Source: Candidatus Latescibacterota bacterium
GTDB lineage: Bacteria > Latescibacterota > CBDEFO01
Reading direction: 5' to 3'
Assembly: GCA_965237525.1 (NCBI GenBank)
Contig: CBDEFO010000007.1
Span: 1 to 64,000, forward strand
DNA: 64,000 nt
This document shows positions 33,146 through 43,946 of the stretch, piece after piece. Both the position numbers and the translations under genes were made by a program. Positions within the stretch are counted from its first letter, which is position 1, and the number at the start of each line of letters is the position of its first letter. Under the pieces are notes generated by a model, which did no database searches, was not told where the DNA came from, and saw only the letters and a list, made by a program, of their open reading frames with translations.

Positions 33146-36039
33146 TCAATCGTTGTATGTACCTAACTGACGATACTCATTAAGCTTGTTTCTTAAGGTT
33201 CTGACGCTAATCCCGAGAACCTCTGAAGTTTTATCTTTGTGACTGTTTTGTTCTTTTAAGGTCTCCAGTATGAGGGTCTGTTCCACTTCTTTCAGAGTCT
33301 TGCCAGTCAGGTTGAATTTATTCCCGTTATGGGACGCAGGACGTGTCCTTTCGAACCGGAAGTCTTTGGGGGTTAGGATCTCAACTTTGCTCATCACAAC
33401 TGCCCGCTCTATGCTGTTTTCCAATTCCCTGATGTTCCCCGGCCAATCCATCTCTAACAAAAGATCCAACGCCTCATCCGAAAGCCCGTTAATTCTTTTT
33501 CCGTTCTCCTTGCTGTACTTGTTCATAAAGAACTCAGCCAGAAGCGGTATATCCTCTTTCCTCTCTCTTAAAGAAACCGGGAAGAGCGGGATTACGTTAA
33601 GTCTGTAGAAAAGGTCTTCTCGGAACCTTCCTGCCTCTATCTCCTGGTTTAGGTCTCTGTTGGAGGTGGCTATTATCCTCACATCCACGCTTACGCTCTT
33701 TTCCCCTCCGACCCTCTCAAACTCTCTTTCCTGAAGCACGCGCAGGAGCTTCCCCTGAAGCGACGGAGTTATCTCACTGACTTCATCTAAGAGCAGTGTC
33801 CCGCCGTGTGCCATCTCGAACTTCCCCTTAGTCTGACGGATGGCACCTGTGAAGGCACCTTTCTCATGCCCGAACAGTTCGCTTTCCACCAGGCCTTCGG
33901 GCAGGGCAGCACAGTTTATCTTGATGAAGGGGTTGTCTCTCCTGTTGCTGTTGTAGTGGATAGCCTTGGCTATGACCTCCTTGCCTGTCCCGCTCTCCCC
34001 TTGTATGAGGATAGTGGCTCTGGTGGATGCCGCCACCTCTATAGTCTCAAAGACCTCTTGCATCTTTGGGCTCGTTCCGACTATTATGTTGTCGAACCTG
34101 TACTTACCCCTCAGTTCCGATCTAAGGTATCTGTTTTCGTCTATGAGCTTTTTGAGTTCGAATATCTTAGAGACTCTGACTTCTATCTCGTCAGCTGAAA
34201 AGGGCTTGGTAACGTAATTGCGGGCGCCGTCTTTCATCGCCTCGACAGCGTTGTTTATCGTTCCGTAGGCTGTTACTATTATGACATCTGTGGAGGGAGA
34301 AATCTCTTTCGCCGCGTGTAATACTTCCATCCCGTCTGCGCCCGGCATCTTCAAATCTGTCAATATCAGATCGTAGGAACCTGATGTGATCTTGCTAATC
34401 GCTTGTTTTCCATCTGCTGCAAGATCGATCTGGAAACTCTTTCTTTCTAAAAGCCTTGTGAAATAGTTATGTCCCAGGCAGCGTCTGAAGCGCCGATTAT
34501 GGGTCAAAGAGTAGCATATCGTATCGTTTTGCTGTGGAATAAGCAAAATAGTCTTATCAGAGTTCTGGTCAGCAAGGAATAGGAGCTGTTTGAAGAACAG
34601 GATGCACTGTCTTTGGCAGACAGGGCACACATAGACGCTTTCCCCCTTCTTATGAAAGATACAAGCCTCTTGAGATTCTGTACTGTTGCAACAAGATTCA
34701 ACTGTTCATTCAGTGAGGCTGGTCCTCTGTAACGGGCTCGTCCCATACCGTGTTGTTGCCTGGCTTCAGCAAAGATATGTTCACTGCGTTTACGGAGTCT
34801 CCGGGAGAGTTTGTAGTCAGCTGTTAATGAGATAGACCGTGCATGATTTCTGGCTTTCGCCTCTCGCACTTTTCTATCCCGTTCGGCCTGAATATGTGCT
34901 GAATTTGTCTTGTTTTTCCATGTAGGAATCGGTTCAATCTTCTCATCGGCTCGCAGAGGAATATGGGGTATGATTCCCCGGTCAAGTACATCAGCGATAA
35001 AATTACCAGAACCGTAACCGGTATCGGCACTAAGTGTCTGAATGTCTTTGGGCATGGTGTATGTTTCAAGGTCATCTACCATCTTAAGGGCACTTTCGGG
35101 CTCTGCTGTCCCTGTCGCCTGCGTGCCCTGAGTCTCAAGGATTACTCTGCTTTTTGTGTCGATCAGATCATGGCCCATAAACGAGAGAAAAGCCCCTTTG
35201 CCCTTCGATTTGCTGTATAAGCGCGCGTCGGGGTCTGTAGTCGAACGGTGTGTTTGGTTCGTCCACTTTTCACCATGAAAGTCTTTATCCTGAGGATGCC
35301 CGGACCTACCCTTTGTCTTATCACCTTCAAAACCGATTCCCTTGAGATAATCATCAAGAGAAACAGGGGGTTCTATCGGCTCAATACTTTTCACTGAAGC
35401 ATCAGCTTGTATCTGAGTGCCGTCGACACTAAGGTGTTTACCGCTTACAAGACCGACATCTATGCAACACTGGACTACCTGACGCATTATCCGTTCAAAC
35501 AACCCACTGGATGCCCACTTGTGATTGCGAAGCTTGTTGATCGTGCTCCTATCCGGAACCGCATCATCAAATGTCTGATGACAAAACAACCGATATGCCG
35601 CATGCATCCCCACTTCCTGACAGAGCCGATTCTCACTCAAATTATACAGATAGCCAATAAGGATCATTCGAACAACTAATTCAGGATCAATACCGGGTCT
35701 GCCATTGTCAGGGCAATAACAATCTGATACAACGTCTCGTACAAATGAAAAATCAACTGCCTCATCAATCTGACGAAGGATATGATCCTCGGGAACTAAA
35801 TCCTCCATCTGAAAATAGTGAAACATCGGATTTGTCTGTTCCTGCTCTTGTGGGGTCATTGTTTCCTCCATGTATAATATTATCAATAACATAATATAAT
35901 ACATCGGAGCTGCTTTATCAATGCTTGTTCTATACTACTTTCTGAATCTAAGGGTTTTTCACAAGGCTTCTAAGACTTCTTTGAGAAAATCTCTCATTAG
36001 TGGCTCATCATCTACTACGAGGATGCATCCTTCCGACAT
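33146..36039 (-). pseudogene. NtrC/FleR-type sigma54 response regulator interrupted near codon 23 by IS copy 2
   Basis: The true start MSEGCILVVDDE at 36039 rejoins ERKSFQ after the IS is removed; GESGTGKE, GAFTGA and HTH motifs are intact. Confidence 0.9.
34451..35969 (-). mobile_element. IS1182/IS5-like copy 2 (1519 bp), TSD CTAA, intact transposase
   Basis: TIRs, TSD and the ORF at 34504-35904. Confidence 0.95.
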
Positions 36040-36465
36040 GTCTGCTCCTTATTTACGATGGGCCCGATAATTAGTCTTATTATTCTTCTATTTCCCCAAA
36101 GAGTTCCTGAATACTTTTGGGGGACCTTAGCGGCGAGCTAAATGAGAATGCTTTGCTGAACCTTCGGAGATTCTGCACTTGGCTCTGGGCTAAAGGTTCT
36201 GCACTTCGGCTTGTGATGATGCAGCCTGCTCTTGTCTTCAGTCACTGCGAAGTGCCAGACCGCGACCCCTTAAGGAGTTGCCAAGCAGAACCGATCTCAA
36301 AAGCTTTCTCCTGCTGCAAGACAGAGTGATCGTTCGACGTGTTTGGGGGTTGTCCCTCATTACAATGCAGGGCTCAGGACGGTTTCACAGGATCGGGAAA
36401 AATCTTTTCTTATTCTGTAAATGTATCTAAAAATCAGTGTAATTGTCAAGAGCTTTCAAAGGATT

Positions 36466-37674
36466 CTATGCATAACAAGGAAGAGTGACCACCAATGTGG
36501 CTCCCACTCCTGGCTTGCTTTCTACTTCCACCGAGCCGTCATGCGACCGCAGTATCTTTTCGACTATAGCCAATCCCAAACCTGTTCCCTTCTGTTTGGT
36601 GGTGAAGAAGGGGCTGAATATCTGATCTCTGTCCTTGTGCAAGATCCCCGGCCCTGTGTCTGATATTTTCACGCTTGCGAAATCCTGATGCCCGTCGCTG
36701 TGAGATTCTACTTCTACATTTAGCCTTCCGCCCTTAGGCATCGCGTGGAAGGCGTTCTTAAAGAGGTTAGAAAGGGCCTGTAGCATTAGTTCAGGATCGG
36801 CCTCAACATATATTGCTTTTTGAGGGAAATCCCTTATTATCTCAAATTGTTGCAGGGCTTCCTCTGTCTCTGTTTGAACGCTTAAGAGGGCGCTTTCTAC
36901 TGTTGAAGCAATATCTAACTTTTCCTTCTTCGGCTCCAGGGGACTTGTAAAGACTAGAAGATTATGAATGATCCCCTCCAGGCTGGACACACCTTGGATA
37001 ATCTTTCTGGCCATCTTATTTCTGGGGTCATCCCTTCCCAGGTCTCTCTCCAGAAGGCTGGCAAAGCCTCCTATCCCACAGAGCGGATTACGTATTTCGT
37101 GTGCGATCAGCGCAGCCATTTCACCCAAAACAGCAAGCGTCCTTGCCTTTTGGATTCTTTGCTCTAAGTTCCTCAGAACAGCGATGTCCCTTAATATCTC
37201 CACGGCTCCTAAGATCTTTCCGTTGTTGTCAGTTACCAAAGATGTGCTGAATTCTACCGGCAGACTCTCTCCTGTTTTGGTTACGATCAACTTTTCCTGA
37301 CCTGCCGCCAGGTGGTCCGATACTAGGGTATACAAGGGTGTGTCTTTGTAGTCCAGAGAGTCCCCGAAAAGATCAAGGTATTTGGAGTTTAGGGCTTCAT
37401 CCGATGAGTATCCCGTGATTTCCTCAGCCTTCTTGTTAAAAAGAGTGATTTTTCCTTCCAGGTCTACAACCAGCACAGCGGCGTTAATGCTCTCCAGGAT
37501 GCTGTCGAGGTAATCGGTTGCATTTTGGTCATTCTGAGCTGGTCCTTCTTCGTGACTCTTATTGCCTAGTTTGAAATTGACATCTGCCAGTTTCTGGGCC
37601 AGTTCCAGATAGTCGGTCCTTAATTTGTCCATCGTGCTGTTGAAGCTCATGAAAGTTTCTTCAAAGGGCTTCAT
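36466..37674 (-). CDS. PAS sensor histidine kinase (FleS/NtrB-like)
   Basis: PAS region; AHEIRNPL, NLFKNA, DTGPG and FFTTKQKGTGLGL motifs. Confidence 0.9.
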   Translation of the reverse strand: MKPFEETFMSFNSTMDKLRTDYLELAQKLADVNFKLGNKSHEEGPAQNDQNATDYLDSILESINAAVLVVDLEGKITLFNKKAEEITGYSSDEALNSKYLDLFGDSLDYKDTPLYTLVSDHLAAGQEKLIVTKTGESLPVEFSTSLVTDNNGKILGAVEILRDIAVLRNLEQRIQKARTLAVLGEMAALIAHEIRNPLCGIGGFASLLERDLGRDDPRNKMARKIIQGVSSLEGIIHNLLVFTSPLEPKKEKLDIASTVESALLSVQTETEEALQQFEIIRDFPQKAIYVEADPELMLQALSNLFKNAFHAMPKGGRLNVEVESHSDGHQDFASVKISDTGPGILHKDRDQIFSPFFTTKQKGTGLGLAIVEKILRSHDGSVEVESKPGVGATLVVTLPCYA

Positions 37675-37692
37675 CTTAAGTAGCCTTTCCGA

Positions 37693-37890
37693 TTAGATAC
37701 CCGCTAGTACCCGTTCTATTTTCTCCTTCGACACGCAAGCTATAGAAGGTTTGATCACATAGTTGTTCACGCCCGCTTTCATAGCTTCTACTATATACTC
37801 CGGGATGCTCCCTGTGTTGTCATAGGTATAGCTAGATCCTTCAAGTCACCGTCGCCGTTTCGCCGGTCCCTCAGCAAGCTATCAGGCAAT
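37693..37890 (-). pseudogene. CheY-like response regulator C-terminal remnant
   Basis: Manual translation DGDLKDL...IVEAMKAGVNNYVIKP...KEKIERVL. Confidence 0.6.
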
Positions 37891-37895
37891 CTGTT

Positions 37896-38349
37896 TTATA
37901 CTTTCCAGGCGATCCTCGGACGCCTTGAGTTTTTCCAAGTGGATGCGATTTTCCTGAAACTGTATCTTTGTGTTGCCATCTCGTACTGCTTTACAGACCG
38001 CTCCACCGTATGCAACACCTCTGGTATGCCGAACGGCTTCACTATGTAGTCATATGCTCCCTCTCTCAGCGCCTCCACCGCAGAGTTGTAGCTCGGATAG
38101 GCGGTCATTATTATTACGGGGATTTCCTCATCTTTTGCGCCTATGGCCGACGTGACTTCCAGTCCGTCTACTCCCGGCATCTTGAGATCCACTAACGCGG
38201 TGTGAAATGTCTCTTCTTTAATCATCTCGATCGCCTCTTGGCCATTTTTCAGCTAAAAGGACGCTGTAGCCTCGACTGGTCAAAGAGCGACGCAGAAGAT
38301 CTCTTATCAAGAGCTCGTCGTCTACTACCAAAACTGTCGTGATTTCCAC
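37896..38349 (-). pseudogene. Response regulator, frameshifted and truncated
   Basis: VLVVDDE in one frame; DLKMPGVDG and YIVKPF in the next. Confidence 0.75.
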
Positions 38350-38629
38350 AGTCCTCACCTCCTTTCTATAATCTCTGCCAATCCACTATACCTTTGATCG
38401 GAAAAGCTCCGCTTTCAGAAAGGTCTCTAGTGTGTGACATATCTCTTTCAATGCCCTTTGTGTCAGTTGTGCAATGAATTCGAGGTTCGACCAACCTGGG
38501 GTGGTACTTCACATTTGACTTTTCCACTTTCAGGTTTAAGCCTTGCAGACTTAAGCCTGTATGGAATTAAATATCAGCTCAAAATAGTCCGGACAAATTG
38601 TAGAGATACAAAATAGTAAAGAGGTTCAC

Positions 38630-38888
38630 TTAGATAGCTTGGCACACGTCGCTACTTCTTGGCTTGCTGGCAATTATTGCCCCTGAGAAACGAGGTGGCA
38701 GCAGCGCACGGAGTACCCACGGCGCCTGAAAATGAGACTGCTTGGCTTCGTCCCTCTGTTCATTGCAGTAAAGCTTGTGGTCTCTTGCCTGCACTACCCA
38801 GCAGGCGCCGCCGCCCCGACCCCGTCAGGAGTTGCGACCCCGCAGGAGACGCTAATCGGAACGAATCTCAAAGGAGATCCCTGTCTAA
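38630..38888 (-). other. Non-coding element resembling an IS110 non-coding end (putative bridge-RNA locus) with no transposase
   Basis: Terminal inverted repeat TTAGATAG...CTGTCTAA; blocks shared with 40130-40345 and 36260-36305. Family assignment is from recalled motif similarity only. Confidence 0.45.
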
Positions 38889-38933
38889 TTATGTCCGATA
38901 AGTTTTGTCAAGCTACTTAGCTGTCTTGTTGCC

Positions 38934-39308
38934 TCAGTGCAGAAGATCGTCTACTACCTTCTTAACAGTGTCTATGTCGAACGGTTTCTGCAAAAAGCCG
39001 TCAGCTTTACACCTCTTGATTTCCTCGAGGCTCTCTCCAACGCCGAGAGCAGCTATAATAACTACGGGCAGCTCTGGAGATTTCTCCTTGATAGTCCTGA
39101 GGAGGGTAAGTCCATCCATCCTGGGCATGTATATATCCGTGATAACCAGTCCGAACTTTCTGTTTTCCATCGTGTGGAGGGCCTCCTGACCATCGCAGGC
39201 AGTAGCGACCGTGTATCCTGATTCTCCTAACACGGCAGTGAGTACCTCTACTATCCCTTCCTCATCATCGACTACCAAAATATCTTCCATCCTCTTTCCC
39301 TTTATCAC
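38934..39308 (-). CDS. Single-domain response regulator
   Basis: ILVVDDE, TDIYMPRMDG and LQKPF motifs. Confidence 0.85.
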   Translation of the reverse strand: MIKGKRMEDILVVDDEEGIVEVLTAVLGESGYTVATACDGQEALHTMENRKFGLVITDIYMPRMDGLTLLRTIKEKSPELPVVIIAALGVGESLEEIKRCKADGFLQKPFDIDTVKKVVDDLLH

Positions 39309-40000
39309 GATCCAGTCTCGTTCTCACTTTTGTCTTCTCTTTCCTTAGACTCAGACTTTTCTACATCTATCATGGTTACTCCACCGTGATATTCCACTAC
39401 CTCCGCTTTGATAAGCTCAGATAACTTCCATACTACATCGTGTATCTTAAGGCAGGACTCCTGGATAGCCTTCAATCTTGAGACGGTGTTACTCTTTCCG
39501 GAATTCGAGTTTGCCAAAAGGAGCTGGGCGTTTCCCAAAATGACGTTCAGAGGGTTGTTTATCTCGTGATTCAAGGTAACTGCAGTACTGCTGATTGCTT
39601 CTGTTTGTGCTAACTGGATGAGTTCATCTACCGATGTTTTGAAGTTCAATGCTCCCTCTACAGCGGACACTAAGGCCTTCTCTTTAACAAGCTTAGTTAC
39701 GTAACTACAAGCAACGTCTGAAATGACCTGAGCCTCCGTTTCTTCTGCAGTCTTGGGAATAATAGATAAGATGGGTGTTAAGGGACTATTTTTCCTAATT
39801 TGCTTTATGATTTCTCCTTTGCTTTCTGCGTCTGCATCAACCACGAACAGACTAAAGTCATCGCTGTATTGGGTGTTCTGGTCCTCTTCTACACTTGAGA
39901 TCCCAATTACATCGTATTTTCGTTCTTTCAGGAGTCCTTCGATTCGTCTTTGAGTCGAATTCCCCGCTCCGATGACCAATATCTTTGTCTGATGTGACAA
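39305..40000 (-). CDS. Atypical receiver plus HisKA domain protein
   Basis: Degenerate receiver followed by TLNHEINNPL; no ATPase domain. Confidence 0.7.
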   Translation of the reverse strand: MSHQTKILVIGAGNSTQRRIEGLLKERKYDVIGISSVEEDQNTQYSDDFSLFVVDADAESKGEIIKQIRKNSPLTPILSIIPKTAEETEAQVISDVACSYVTKLVKEKALVSAVEGALNFKTSVDELIQLAQTEAISSTAVTLNHEINNPLNVILGNAQLLLANSNSGKSNTVSRLKAIQESCLKIHDVVWKLSELIKAEVVEYHGGVTMIDVEKSESKEREDKSENETGS

Positions 40001-40129
40001 AATTTAACCTTTCTGAACGAACTGAGACACTGCGGTCACCTGAAATCTTTAAAATAAAATGAAACACAGTCGCAAGATGTGGGGTTGAACAAACGATACC
40101 AGATCAAGAAGTGGCACCAAAATTCAGCA

Positions 40130-40345
40130 TTAGATAGTTTACGCACCGGGGCACTTCGTGCTTTGCTGCCTGCTCTCCCCAGCAAAGCACCCACGGCGCT
40201 CAGCCCTTGGGACGACTACTTCGTGGCTTGTTGCTTCCACATCTTAACTATGCCCGCACTGCCACGGAGCCTCGCGCCTACGCGGTGTTCGATCAGTGCT
40301 CGCTTATTTCCAAAACGAAAACTACTTCACCCTGGCACTATACCT
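40130..40345 (-). other. Second related non-coding element (IS110 non-coding-end-like)
   Basis: TTAGATAG end plus ACCCACGGCGC, GACTACTT and TGCCCGCACTGCC in the same order as in 38630-38888; 11-bp hairpin at 40158-40190. Confidence 0.4.
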
Positions 40346-40444
40346 GAATCAGTAGCATTTGACAATGTGATCTCAATAAAACCGGCTCAATTGAATTCTG
40401 GGTTATATACCCAGAGAGAGGGTTGTTTACTAAAACAGTTCAGA

Positions 40445-41127
40445 TCAAGTTGCCAAAAATAACACAACAACGCGCCGGTTTTTCACCTGATTTTCCAGGA
40501 TGGGAGAGCCATCCTCGGCGTTGTGGGGGACTTCGGGTCTCGTATCGGCGTACCCCACTACTCTCAGCCGCTCTGCAGGGACCCCCTTATCTATAAAGAA
40601 TTTGACTACACTGCTGGCTCTGGAGGCTGAAAGTTCCCAATTGGAGGGGAATATAGGCGAAGATATAGGTATGTTATCCGTATGTCCTTCAATAGCGATG
40701 TTGTAGGGGATCTTTTTTATCTCTTCTGCGATCTCTGATAAAATCGGCTTAGCCGTTTGCCGCAGAGTTGCTTTTCCCAACTTAAACAGGACACCCCCCT
40801 AAGGTTCAGGGCAACTCCTCTATTTGTCATCTTGACATCGACCTTATCCTCAAGTCCTTTATCCGCCACCACCTTAGTAATCTTCTGGTGGAGTTCTGGG
40901 AGAGATATTTGGATTTCCGCTTCATCTATCTCCCCCATAGCGCCCGCCATAGACTGAGCTACCTGACCAAATTTCACGGGGTTTATCTCAGACATCGCCA
41001 CAATGATTATGAAAAAGCACAGTACGAGCGTCACCATATCGGCATAGGATATGAGCCAGTCGTCGCCCTCATCCTCTGCTTTCCCCTGCGCTAAAGACAA
41101 ATCCTTGTCTTTGTCTGAATCATTCAT
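40445..41127 (-). pseudogene. motB: Flagellar motor protein MotB, frameshifted
   Basis: WLISYADMVTL transmembrane motif; OmpA-like IEGHTD, SNWELS and NRRV in a second frame; shift at a C6 run near 40795. Confidence 0.85.
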
Positions 41128-42131
41128 AAAGTAATCCTCATCTCAAGTAGATAGTAAGGAGTAGAGGTTATTTATCAAATGAAATCGGTGCACTTCTCTT
41201 TCGATCTTTGATTGATCTTGAATGATAGGTTTTCGACAATCTTTGGTTTCTGTTCTTTTTCAAAATGGATGTATAATTGTTCTTCTTTTAGGTTCCATTC
41301 AGCCAGGACAAAGTAGTTGGTGTAAGAGGAGGGAAGAGATACTTTCTCATTTAGGACATCGATAAAGGCTTTATCTGTCTGTTCTGTGTCCTGTTTGACT
41401 TGTCTGATAAAATAGGTCTTAGGAATGAAATCTTTCTCGTTTGACTTCTCTTGCTTAGGTGGACGGTAGCCGGTGTATCTCTGTGATGAAAGATTAAACC
41501 ATTCTAACTTCTGATCAACTTCTTGTAAGCTTTTGAACTGAATTCTGTTCCAGAACTTCCTTGAAAATACAGAATTGTTGCCTTCTATAGATGCTTGAGA
41601 AAAGGGCCTTCTGGGAACGGCAAATATCGGAATCACTTGATTTTTCAAGAGAAACTGCATTGCTTTGCTGACATTCCTTTTACCTGAAACACTGCCAATA
41701 GTCGCCGAGCAATTGTCCACCTTAACGAAATCTGGTTTTTCAAACCTGTCAAAGAAAGACTGACACTTCTCGATAAAGTTAGTTGCTGTTTGACCGTCAA
41801 CCCGCCGAAAATACCTTAACTTAGGCTCTTTCTTAAAGGAAAATCCAACGAAGTTGACCGGCTCAGTTCTGCCGGTAAGATACTTTTTACCAATAAAGTC
41901 TGATTCTAGGACTCTGCCTCCTAAAAGATAGTAAATGGTATACTCTGGATAACAAAGATAACGAGATGCACCCTTGTTTTTACCTTTCTTCCTTCTCTGG
42001 GAAAGTCCTAAATCTGAAAGCATTCTGCCGATAGTCGGCAACGACGGAGGAGGGGTGCTAGAATATCGATTCCTCCATTCTTGTTCAATAACAGTGGCTC
42101 CTGAATAGAACTGATAAGGATCGTCCTCTAA

Positions 42132-43650
42132 AAGCCTTGTGAAATAGTTATGTCCCAGGCAGCGTCTGAAGCGCCGATTATGGGTCAAAGAGAAGCATAT
42201 CGTATCGTTTTGCTGTGGAATAAGCAAAATAGTCTTATCAGAGTTCTGGTCAGCAAGGAACAGGAGCTGTTTGAAGAACAGGATGCACTGTCTTTGACAG
42301 GCAGGGCACACATAGACGCTTTCCCCCTTCTTATGAAAGATACAAGCCTCTTGAGATTCTGTACTGTTGCAACAAGATTCAACTGTTCATTCAGTGAGGC
42401 TGGTCCTCTATAACGGGCTCGTCCCATACCGTGTTGTTGCCTGGCTTCAGCAAAGATATGTTCACTGCGTTTACGGAGTCTCCGGGAGAGTTTGTAGTCA
42501 GCTGTTAATGAGATAGACCGTGCATGATTTCTGGCTTTCGCCTCTCGCACTTTTCTATCCCGTTCGGCCTGAATATGTGCTGGATTTGTCTTGTTTTTCC
42601 ATGTAGGAATCGGTTCAATCTTCTCATCGGCTCGCAGAGGAATATGGGGTATGATTCCCCGGTCAAGTACATCAGCGATAAAATTACCAGAACCGTAACC
42701 GGTATCGGCACTAAGTGTCTGAATGTCTTTGGGCATGGTCTATGTTTCAAGGTCATCTACCATCTTAAGGGCACTTTCGGGCTCTGCTGTCCCTGTCGCC
42801 TGCGTGCCCTGAGTCTCAAGGATTACTCTGCTTTTTGTGTCGATCAGATCATGGCCCATAAACGAGAGAAAAGCCCCTTTGCCCTTCGATTTGCTGTATA
42901 AGCGCGCGTCGGGGTCTGTAGTCGAACGGTGTGTTTGGTTCGTCCACTTTTCACCATGAAAGTCTTTATCCTGAGGATGCCCGGACCTACCCTTTGTCTT
43001 ATCACCTTCAAAACCGATTCCCTTGAGATAATCATCAAGAGAAACAGGGGGTTCTATCGGCTCAATACTTTTCACTGAAGCATCAGCTTGTATCTGAGTG
43101 CCGTCGACACTAAGGTGTTTACCGCTCACAAGACCGACATCTATGCAACACTGGACTACCTGACGCATTATCCGTTCAAACAACCCACTGGATGCCCACT
43201 TGTGATTGCGAAGCTTGTTGATCGTGCTCCTATCCGGAACCGCATCATCAAATGTCTGATGACAAAACAACCGATATGCCGCATGCATCCCCACTTCCTG
43301 ACAGAGCCGATTCTCACTCAAATTATACAGATAGCCAATAAGGATCATTCGAACAACTAATTCAGGATCAATACCGGGTCTGCCATTGTCAGGGCAATAA
43401 CAATCTGATACAACGTCTCGTACAAATGAAAAATCAACTGCCTCATCAATCTGACGAAGGATATGATCCTCGGGAACTAAATCCTCCATCTGAAAATAGT
43501 GAAACATCGGATTTGTCTGTTCCTGCTTTTGTGGGGTCATTGTTTCCTCCATGTATAATATTATCAATAACATAATATAATACATCGGAGCTGCTTTATC
43601 AATGCTTGTTTTATACTATTTTCTGAATCTAAGGGTTTTTCACAAGGCTT
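42132..43650 (-). mobile_element. IS1182/IS5-like copy 3, TSD CTAA, transposase with in-frame TAG
   Basis: The empty site is visible in copy A (TCGTCCTCTAAGCTATGG); stop at 42740-42742. Confidence 0.95.
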
Positions 43651-43946
43651 CTAAGCTATGGTAAATCTCTTTGATTCTCTGTTCGTCAACTTTAGCCAAT
43701 TTTCGCCTTTTTCCTTTTGGCCAACCCCGATTATCTATGGCAAAATCCTGATCCGGAGATTTAGTCCAAGCCGTAACGAAATCATTGGAAACTCTCGCTT
43801 GTTTGATAACTTCTCGCTTTGACATTTCTTTCTTAAAATACATCTCGTTGACTTCTTGTCTTAATACGGCCAATCTCTCTTTGTCCATAGGACTCCGTAG
43901 ATTAAAGTTAAGACAATCAACTCAACTTAATCTACTAATACTCTAA

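Noticed and set aside
36170..40345. c-di-GMP or another known riboswitch in the motility region
   Set aside because: The expected consensus motifs could not be identified by eye; an Rfam search is needed.
42740..42742. TAG recoding (pyrrolysine or an alternative genetic code)
   Set aside because: Four copies have Tyr here, TAG ends normal genes such as groES, and no pyl genes are seen.
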